From: Macrostomum lignano
Lineage: Eukaryota
Assembly (NCBI GenBank): GCA_002269645.1
Contig: NIVC01000031.1
Coordinates: forward strand, 682,001 to 746,000
DNA length: 64,000 bases
Direction: 5' to 3'
The notes under the pieces are model-generated. The model saw only the letters and a program-made list of their open reading frames with translations. It searched no databases and was not told the DNA's origin. The translations under genes were made by a program, and so were the position numbers. Shown piece by piece: positions 40,701 to 49,636 of the stretch; positions within the stretch are counted from its first letter, which is position 1; the number at the start of each line of letters is the position of its first letter.

Positions 40701-41696
40701 CATCAGAAGTGTCCCCAGCCATCAGAAAAGTGTCCCCAGCATCAGAAGTGTCCCCAGCCATCAGAAAAGTGTCCCCAGCCATCAGAAGTGTCCCCAGCCA
40801 TCAGAAAAGTGTCCCCAGCCATCAGAAAAGTGTCCCCAGCAATCAGAAGTGTCCCCAGCCATCAGAAGTGTCCCCAGCCATCAGAAAAGTGTCCCCAGCC
40901 ATCAGAAGTGTCCCCAGCCATCAGAAAAGTGTCCCCAGAAATCAGAAGTGTCCCCAGCCATCAGAAAAGTGTCCCCAGCCATCAGAAGTGTCCCCAGCCA
41001 TCAGAAAAGTGTCCCCAGCAATCAGAAGTGTCCCCAGCCATCAGAAAAGTGTCCCCAGCCATCAGAAGTGTCCCCAGCCATCAGAAAAGTGTCCCCAGCC
41101 ATCAGAAGTGTCCCCAGCCATCAGAAAAGTGTCCCCAGCCATCAGAAGTGTCCCCAGCCATCAGAAAAGTGTCCCCAGCCATCAGAAGTGTCCCCAGCCA
41201 TCAGAAAAGTGTCCCCAGCATCAGAAGTGTCCCCAGCCATCAGAAGTGTCCCCAGCATACTATCAAAGCTCAGCTGGAAGTCCCGAACGGAAAATCCCAG
41301 CTGCACCGATGCCTCTCCACTCTCACTCAGATCTCCTCCCGCTGCTCCGAGGCTCCGCCTAGCCAGTTCCCCGAGGGTCTCAGCGAGGCCTCCATGGAGT
41401 GGATTCGCCGATCACCAGGCAGCGAAGCCGACAGCCTGTTCGACTACCTGGCCTCGGCAGAGAGCGAGTTTCGGCAGGCGGGCGAGCCGAGCCAGGAGGA
41501 GCGCCTGCACGAAATTCTGGCGAAGCCGGCACTGCGGCAGCGGCTCCGCGCAGGCTGCTGCCTCCACTGCGGCAGCTCCGGCAGCGGCGAGGCCAGCCCG
41601 GGTGCCGCAGGCGGTCAGCTCAGAATGAAGCGCCTCATTCGAAACGGCAAAACTCCCTCATCGCCTGCGCTCCAACCTCTGACTTCTGGAGTTTGA
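31722..41696 (+). CDS. best: Bestrophin family Ca2+-activated anion channel (divergent)
   Basis: Exons 31722-31983, 33535-33776, 36655-36753, 37167-37393, 38206-38305, 38390-38578, 38658-38765, probably 38941-38993 and ~41237-41696; phases are consistent. Motifs: MTVSY...LLLWRGSLYKLVY, IPLSFILGFFV, RWWQMYLNIPW, IPLVYTQ, GWLKVA..NPFGDDDEDF (Ca2+ clasp). The 3' exon structure after 38765 is uncertain. Confidence 0.9.
32000..32215. repeat. 11-bp array GGTGAGATTCG next to the bestrophin exon 1 donor
   Basis: Visible tandem units. Confidence 0.85.
32825..33450. repeat. 30-bp minisatellite TGTCTATGACCTACTGAGCATGACCGCAAT
   Basis: Visible tandem units. Confidence 0.95.
33840..34720. repeat. 20-bp minisatellite AATCAAGCTGATAAAAAGCC
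   Basis: Over 35 near-identical units. Confidence 0.97.
37430..38030. repeat. Degenerate ~10-bp AAGACACTTC array
   Basis: The motif recurs throughout the intron. Confidence 0.8.
38989..41258. repeat. 18-21-bp minisatellite CATCAGAAGTGTCCCCAGC interrupting the last bestrophin exon
   Basis: About 2.27 kb of tandem units flanked by ACTATC on both sides. Confidence 0.97.
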
Positions 41697-41724
41697 GACT
41701 TGGACTCCGGTTAGAGCTGAGCTG

Positions 41725-42710
41725 TGCTCAGGGTGATTCAGTACAGTACTGTGTGCTCAGAGTGATTCAGTACAGTACTGTGTGCTCAGAGTGATTCAGT
41801 ACAGTACTGTGTGCTCAGAGTGATTCAGTACAGTACTGTGTGCTCAGAGTTATTCAGTACAGTACTGTGTGCTCAGAGTTATTCAGTACAGTACTGTGTG
41901 GTCAGAGTGATTCAGTACTGTGTGCTCAGAGTGATTCAGTACAGTACTGTGTGCTCAGAGTGATTCAGTACAGTACTGTGTGCTCAGAGTTATTCAGTAC
42001 AGTACTGTGTGGTCAGAGTGATTCAGTACTGTGTGCTCAGAGTGATTCAATACTGTGTGCTCAGAGTGATTCAGTACAGTACTGTGTGCTCAGAGTGATT
42101 CAGTACAGTACTGTGTGCTCAGAGTGATTCAGTACAGTACTGTGTGCTCAGAGTGATTCAGTACAGTACTGTGTGCTCAGAGTGATTCAGTACAGTACTG
42201 TGTGCTCAGAGTGATTCAGTACAGTACTGTGTGCTCAGAGTGATTCAGTACAGTACTGTGTGCTCAGAGTGATTCAGTACAGTACTGTGTGCTCAGAGTG
42301 ATTCAGTACAGTACTGTGTGCTCAGAGTGATTCAATACTGTGTGCTCAGAGTGATTCAATACTGTGTGCTCAGAGTGATTCAGTACAGTACTGTGTGCTC
42401 AGAGTGATTCAGTACAGTACTGTGTGCTCAGAGTGATTCAGTACAGTACTGTGTGCTCAGAGTGATTCAATACTGTGTGCTCAGAGTGATTCAATACTGT
42501 GTGCTCAGAGTGATTCAGTACAGTACTGTGTGCTCAGAGTGATTCAGTACAGTACTGTGTGCTCAGAGTGATTCAGTACAGTACTGTGTGCCAGAGTGAT
42601 TCAGTACAGTACTGTGTACTCAGAGTGATTCAGTACAGTACTGTGTGCCAGAGTGATTCAGTACAGTACTGTGTACTCAGAGTGATTCAGTACAGTACTG
42701 TGTGCTCAGA
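41725..42710. repeat. 29-bp minisatellite CAGAGTGATTCAGTACAGTACTGTGTGCT
   Basis: Visible tandem units just after the bestrophin stop. Confidence 0.95.
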
Positions 42711-43399
42711 CATTAAATAATGTGAGCTACTAAACAGCATATTGTCAGTCATTTTCATAGCAACAAAATGTCAGATCCTGGTTTGAGAGCAGCGGAAATG
42801 CTGAGCTGCCTTGGCCTTGAGCACTCTGGTAGGCCGATTTCTAAGAATGAAGTCGAAAGCATGAGTCATTATTTTTACTGTATTCTCAGTATTCTCAAAT
42901 TTGCTCTCTGTCTACTTTAATAGCGCTTGCGTGTTTTACTTTTTTAATGAACGTCAAGTTTGATTATTAATTAACATAGGTTAATTAATTTTGTACAGTA
43001 AACATAAAATGCGATTTTTATTTCAGTGAAATGACTCTTTTGTGTAATTCCTTTTTATGACTAAATGCATGTATTTAGTTTTTTATTTCTGCCATTCTTG
43101 TAATACAAATAGACTGAGATTGATATTGTCTGAGAATGCTTAATGTTACAGAGTTTTGTGGCCATTTAAAGTTTGTTATTCAGAGGCTTTGAGACAAAGT
43201 TATTCGCGCTCAGAAATAAAATTACTGCTTAGCTCACCGATGCTACTCTTAACAACAACAACAACAAAATACGCTGTCAGGGTGGCAAAAGGAAAGGGTG
43301 GATGTCAGGGTGGATGCTACTCTTAGTAGACGAACAGTCTACGAGCGTATAAGTCAAATTTGCAATTTCGCACTGCGAAGTGCTGGATCTCAAATGACA

Positions 43400-43678
43400 C
43401 CTGTTAGTTACTAATGTCACCTGTTAGATACTGATGTCACTTGTTAGATACTGATGTCACCTGTAAGATGGTGATGTCACCTGTTAGTTACTGATGTCTC
43501 CTGTTAGATACTGATGTCACCTGTTAGATACTGATGTCACCTGTTAGTTACTGATGCCACCTGTTAGATACTGATGTCACCTGTTAGATACTGATGTCAC
43601 TTGTTAGATACTGATGTCTCCTGTTAGATACTGATGTCACCTGTTAGATACTGATGCCACCTGTTAAATACTGATGTA
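43400..43678. repeat. 20-bp array CACCTGTTAGATACTGATGT
   Basis: Visible tandem units. Confidence 0.9.
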
Positions 43679-44181
43679 AGTGTCGCTGGCAAACCTAGGC
43701 GGCCACTCTACTTGACTTTCAAGTCACAGCCCCGCCCTCCCTCCCCTCTCCATCTCTCTCCCCTCATGTCTCAGCTGCCGCCCCTTCACCCCTGCCCACT
43801 GACAATGCACTTGCTATGCCGAGCACGCAGCCACAGTCAGCTCTCATTGTTTAACTCAGCAGAGCTCGCAGCATCTCACTGCTCCTGCATCTCTCATCCC
43901 GCTGAGCAGAGCAGCTGCCGGACCCCCTGGCACCCAATCAGGCCTCAAACACAGCCGCTGGGTCAGAGAAGAGAATCGGCCTCAGTTCATTTAAACAAAT
44001 TTCTCTGCATAGGGAGAGCTCAGAGATTTCAGTCCGTGACAGCGGGACTTTTGCTGCTGCTGCTGAGCTGGCAGGCAAATTCGCTTGAAGAAGAGCAAAG
44101 CACTCAGTTTGAAGCCGTGTGGAACAGCTGCGGCAGACAGCAGATCGGCAGAGAAGCGCTGCTAGGAGAAGCAGTGTAGCC

Positions 44182-45241
44182 ATGGCAACACAGATGGAGC
44201 GGAAGCTGAGAGCGGCGCTGGAGGCTGGAGACAGCGAGGAGCTGCAGCGTCTGTGCGGTGAGGTCGGCAGCAATATCGAGCTGGAGGTGGGCGGCTTTGA
44301 CAAGCAAGACTATCCCTTTGAAGAGCTTCGCAAAATTCCGCTGGCCCATCACCTGGCCTGCAAGCCGGTGAGATTGTCGTGCCTGGAGCTGCTGATTGAC
44401 AGATTCGGAACCGGTTGTCTGACATATAGAAATGGTAGGGGTGAGACTCCAGTGCACTTAGCTGCCCAGCATCAGGACGAATCTTGGATGAAGCTGGTTA
44501 AAGAGAAGGGAGGCAGAGGCTGCATGAGAATTGTCAATCGAAAGGGAGAGACAGTCGCTCACTTTGCCGCTATGAACAGAAAAAGCAACTCTTGTCTAAA
44601 GTGGCTGGTGAAGGAGCTCGGCAGCGACTGTCTCACAGTTCCTGATATATACAGTGACACGGCCGTCCATTTGGTCGCTCAGCATCAGGGCATCGAGTCG
44701 CTGGAGTGGATCAAGAGACAGATCGGAACTGACTGCTTTCGGCTGAAGGGAGAGAGTGATACAACAACATTTCACTTTGCTGCTCAGAAGTCTGACAATT
44801 CAAATCTGGAGTGGCTGGTGAAGGAGCTCGGCAGCGACTGTCTCACAGTTCCTGACAAAGACGGTGACACGGCTGTCCATTTGGCCGCTCTGCATCAGGG
44901 CATCGAGTCGCTGGAGTGGATCAAGAGACAGATCGGAACTGACTGCTTTCGACTGAAGGAGGGTGGAAGAGAATAACATTTCATTTTGCTGCTCAGAAGT
45001 CTGACAATTCAAATCTGAAGTGGCTGGTAAAGGAGGTCGGCAGCGACTGTCTCACAGTTCCTGACAAAGACGGTGACACGGCTGTCCATTTGGCGGCTCA
45101 GTGGCAGCCAGTCGACTCTCTTCAGTTCATTTTTGACCAAATCGGAGCCGAAATGTTCAGCTTGAAGAACAGGTTTAGCAGAACACCGGCTGATTGGTGC
45201 CGCACAGACCAGTCAGCAAAGCGGGTATGGATTTCAGCTGG
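44182..45241 (+). CDS. Ankyrin-repeat region (about 8 repeats) of an ANK-kinase gene; -1 frameshift near 44958
   Basis: GCCATGG start; repeats GETPVHLAAQH, GETVAHFAAMN, GDTAVHLAA; a near-identical DNA block recurs at 44601, 44811 and 45020 (spacing 210 then 209 nt). Donor GG|GTGAGT at 45242 is phase-compatible with the kinase exon at 45685. Confidence 0.85.
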
Positions 45242-45684
45242 GTGAGTCCTGACTGAGAACTGCTGCGTGGACACCAAAAATCCTAAAAATATTTTGGCAA
45301 AAAGTCATTGCGCTTTGATGATCGGCGCCCTGAAATTCTTGGCATTTCTTTAACCTCTTTATTCTTAGCATTTCCTGAAATTCTTCAACACAAATCTCCG
45401 ATTTCAGTACAAAACTTAATGAATGCTGTTGAGATGTTGGCACTTATTGGCTACTTGTTATGCAAACACTAGCAAAACCGGAAGTGATGGTAAAACTTGA
45501 TACCCTTGGACTTGAATTCTCCCACCACTTGGGAATGATTTTTCAGTTGGGGCTTTGCTATGTTGGCGCCGTCAGCAGCTGCTCTCTTAACCAGGCAAAC
45601 GCAAAAGAGTCGAAAGTGCTCCAAAATACTCAGGAAGCCCAAAGAACACATAATTTATCGAATTCCTTCACCTCATGTTTTCAG

Positions 45685-46685
45685 CCCCAAGAAGCAGCTG
45701 GACCCCAGCTTCATCGACTGGGACTTCATCCTGCAGGACAACCAGAAGCAGCTCATTGGCTGTGGCGGATTCGGCATGGTGTACAAGGCGCTCACAGACC
45801 GCAACCAGACGGTGGCTGTCAAGGTGCTGCCCCTGAGCGACACCGGACAATCGGGGAGGCTGCAGAAAGCCGTCGAGATGGAGAAGCGGGGAGCTGAGAT
45901 CCTCAAGCGACTCTCGCATCCCAACATTGTGCAGTTCCTCAAGTGCGAGCAGAGTTGGGATGGGCTGTACATCATCACCGAGCTGGTCTCGGGTCACAGC
46001 CTCTTTGAGCTGATGCAGCGTCAGAACAAGCCGTTCAAGGAGTCCGCGGTCATGGACTTCTCCAGACAGATGCGTCTCTAGGTTCTCTGGCATGGGTGGG
46101 ATCAGTGTGGGATCAGGCATGGCATCAGTGTGGGATCAGTGGGAGATCAAGTATAGATACATGCACTTTTTAGACAGGCTAAAGCTGCTCCAATTGCAGA
46201 TCTGCTCAGGCCTGAACTTCCTGCATTGTCAGCCGCAGGGCGCCATCTTGCACCGTGACATCAAAAGCGGAAATATAATGCTCACCGACGAGGGCGTCAT
46301 CAAGCTGATCGACTTCGGCCTCGCTAAGGAGATCGTCGACAGTTGCGGCCTGAGCGACAGCGTCGATCCCAAAGGCACCTCATACTTCATGGCTCCCGAG
46401 CTGTTCATGGGCGAGGGCGACTCGATTCCGTACTCAGCCAAGACCGACGTGTGGGCCTTCGGCTGCACCGTGTATGAGCTGACGGCCATGCAGCCTCCTG
46501 ACGCGAACGTTCAGCAGTTCCGGATCGCCGTGCTGAGGTGCGGAGGGCGGGCGATGCCTCGGATTGCGGACGGGTTCTCAGCCGACCTGAAGGACTTCTA
46601 CCTCAGGTGCGTAGACTATGACCCGAGGAAGCGAGCGGACACCGCGGAGCTGCTGCGGCACAGCTTCCTGAGTGCCTCATCGTGA
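45685..46685 (+). CDS. Ser/Thr protein kinase domain, STE/MAP3K-like (exons 45685-46069, 46200-46685)
   Basis: [46 protein letters not shown]. The subfamily call is from overall motif style, not an alignment. Confidence 0.9.
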
Positions 46686-47399
46686 CTGCGAGAGCAACGG
46701 GCTGTGAGGGAGAGGAGCGACTCTTGAAGCGGACGATTTTGCCGAATGCTGTCTGTTAATTACGGAGTTTGCTTTTTGCCATTTTTTGCATCAAAGTTCC
46801 TTTTTCTGTTACTGGGGCACAAGTGAAGGATTTTGGTAGTCAATGCAGCTAACCTGGGGTCTGAGCTGATCTGCATATCAATTGGGTCTTCCAATGAACC
46901 TGAGGCATTTATCATTTTTTTATCCTTAAACTGCAATGACGTTGGGCAGTTGTCGGCAGTGAAATATCAAATATTTTTGGAACCCAACTTTTATAAGACT
47001 GAGTGGCCTGTTCCTTGTTTTAGCGGAGCCATTTTGTTTAACCGGTTGCCTTTTTTCTTTATCTAATTACATCCTTTATTTAATCTTTTCTTGTTTAACC
47101 CTTTCAATCAATGAGACATTTTCGTGCTGACTCGAGTGTTATTCCAGTTTAAAGCTTATCAATGTTGATTTTAAAACTCTGGCACAAAGCAATCACAATT
47201 TCCCCAATCTGCTCAGACTGCTCAATGCCTACTGCAGATTTTCTGTTGCCGAGAATTTTTCACATTTTCAGCCACCGGTTTGGAGCTTTTTCTGGCACTG
47301 ATTTTTGTATTTGATTTTTGGACTGACTTTTTATTAGCAACTGTTGGAGCAGGAAGTCCTGTGCTTACTCAAGAGTTCTCAGTTAAATATACAGACACC

Positions 47400-48452
47400 G
47401 CTTGACTTGCCGTGACCCGCTGTGTCCTGACTTGCCGTGACCCGCTTTGTCCTGACTTGCCGTGACCCGCTGTGTCCTGACTTGCCGTGACCCGCTGTGT
47501 CCTGACTTGCCGTGACCCCCTGTGTCCTGACTTGCCGTGACCCGCTGTGTCCTGACTTGCCGTGACCCGCTGTGTCCGGACTTGCCGTGACCCGCTGTGT
47601 CCGGACTTGCCGTGACCCGCTGTGTCCTGACTTGCCGTGACCCGCTGTGTCCTGACCTGCCGTGACCCGCTGTGTCCTGACTTGCCGTGACCCGCTTTGT
47701 CCTGACCTGCCGTGACCCACTGTGTCCTGACTTGCCGTGACCCGCTGTGTCCTGACTTGCCGTGACCCGCTTTGTCCTGACTTGCCGTGACCCACTGTGT
47801 CCTGACTTGCCGTGACCCGCTGTGTCCTGACTTGCCGTGACCCGCTTTGTCCTGACCTGCCGTGACCCACTGTGTCCTGACTTGCCGTGACCCGCTGTGT
47901 CCTGACTTGCCGTGACCCGCTTTGTCCTGACCTGCCGTGACCCACTGTGTCCTGACTTGCCGTGACCCGCTGTGTCCTGACTTGCCGTGACCCGCTTTGT
48001 CCTGACCTGCCGTGACCCACTGTGTCCTGACTTGTCGTGACCCGCTGTGTCCTGACTTGCCGTGACCCGCTGTGTCCTGACTTGCCGTGACCCGCTGTGT
48101 CCTGACTTGCTGTGACCCGCTGTGTCCTGACTTGCCGTGACCCGCTGTGCCCTGACTTGCCGTGACCCGCTGTGTCCTGACCTGCCGTGACCCGCTGTGT
48201 CCTGACTTGCCGTGACCCGCTGTGTCCTGACTTGCCGTGACCCGCTGTGTCCTGACTTGCCGTGACCCGCTGTGTCCTGACTTGCCGTGACCCGCTGTGT
48301 CCTGACTTGCCGTGACCCGCTGTGTCCTGACTTGCCGTGACCCGCTGTGTCCTGACTTGCCGTGACCCGCTGTGTCCTGACTTGCCGTGACCCGCTGTGT
48401 CCTGACTTGCCGTGACCCGCTGTGTCCTGACTTGCCGTGACCCGCTGTGTCC
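47400..48452. repeat. 25-bp minisatellite CTTGCCGTGACCCGCTGTGTCCTGA
   Basis: About 42 tandem units. Confidence 0.97.
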
Positions 48453-48576
48453 TATTTCATATTTCCATATTCGCAGCATCATTTCTGAGCCTCACTCAGT
48501 GCAATGCACAGAACAGTGTGGGGAGGGCAGAGCTGATGAAGCAGGCATGCAGTGAAGCTGGCCATTGTTTTCAAAG

Positions 48577-48804
48577 GGCTTGCAGAGTGTCATGAGGTCT
48601 GAGGCTGCCTCACGGCTCGGCCCCTCACGCAGTGAGCAGGAGATTTGCAGAGCCCTTAACTGCACCGACGCTGCAGAGCTGCTCCAGTTGCTATGGCAAC
48701 GGGGAGACTCGAGCTCGGAGAGACGCAGAGAAGTCTGTGGACAGCTGAGCAATCTGCTCACCTGGAGGCTGGGTGGTGCGGCTGGTTGCTTTATCTGCAC
48801 AAAA
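48577..48804 (+). other. Orphan exon-like segment (228 nt, phase 0-0), product unknown
   Basis: TTTTCAAAG acceptor, GTGAGT donor, open GC-rich frame (GLQSVMRSEAASRLGPSRSEQEICRALNCTDAAELLQLLWQ...); no partner exons found. Confidence 0.25.
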
Positions 48805-49636
48805 GTGAGTTGGAACGAGCATCAGCCATTCTGTGCGTCTCTTTTGAACAGCTGATGCTGCATCAATGATGCTGGCAGACACTTGTGTCTGTGCTCACTC
48901 AGTGCACTGTGCAATGCACATAAATAAGTGTTTGCAGTGGCTTCGCATTGCATTGAACTGAGACAATGGCGGGGCATGAGGGCTGCTCAGCCACCTCAGC
49001 GGGGCGCCGCTGTTTTGAGCAGGAAAATGAGAATCAAACCGCATTTCTGCTTTTATTTGGACCGGATTTGGTGGGAAAACACTTTTTATGCTGCTAGTTT
49101 CAAACCAAATGCACACTTGCGCTGCTGTATATGATACGAGCGTATAACAGATATGGTGTCCTGTTAGACATGGGAGTGTCCTGTTAGACATTAGACCTTT
49201 GCTAATTTCACCCACTAGACTGTCTGTAGACTGAAAAAGTCAAGGGTAATGGTAGGCTGTTTTACTGGCTTGTATATTTTCTTGCAAAGAAGAGTTCCAA
49301 TTGGTTCAATTTAGCGGTATGGGAGACGCGACCTCAAAGTATTTATAATTTTGTTCAAATGATGGCATACAATATGGTGCATAAAAACAAAAAGATGGGG
49401 GTAAAAAGTGAGTAGTCAGGATTTTTTTCTAAGCTAGTTTGATCAGAATAACTAAGAACATTTCATTACAGGCTACAGGCATTACTGATAGCAACAGCTC
49501 GGCTTGAGGCTTACGTGAGGAATGCCACCAGTTCCTTGTGCTCTAAAGGTGCATTTTAGACACTGTAAAATTGGTCAATCCAACAAATAAAATGTGAGGT
49601 TGTGCATTCAATCGTCCAGTCAGCACTCGCTCAGCA

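Larger units (their letters stand above)
44182..46685 (+). pseudogene. ANK-kinase locus possibly pseudogenised (or carrying assembly errors)
   Basis: Three independent lesions: a 1-nt deletion with stop TAA at 44974-44976; AT instead of GT at the donor 46070; Gly codon GGA (45890-45892) at the expected alphaC Glu. Confidence 0.5.

Noticed and set aside
38942-41628. 806-aa and 680-aa repeat ORFs (SEVSPA / IRSVPS)
   Set aside because: They are products of a stop-poor minisatellite, start without a credible context and are not in frame with both flanking bestrophin segments.
47379-48482. 367-aa minus-strand repetitive ORF; likewise 27657-28208, 32916-33508, 53661-54269, 56185-56817, 62097-63005
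   Set aside because: Each coincides exactly with a tandem array whose unit happens to lack stops; there is no unique coding sequence.
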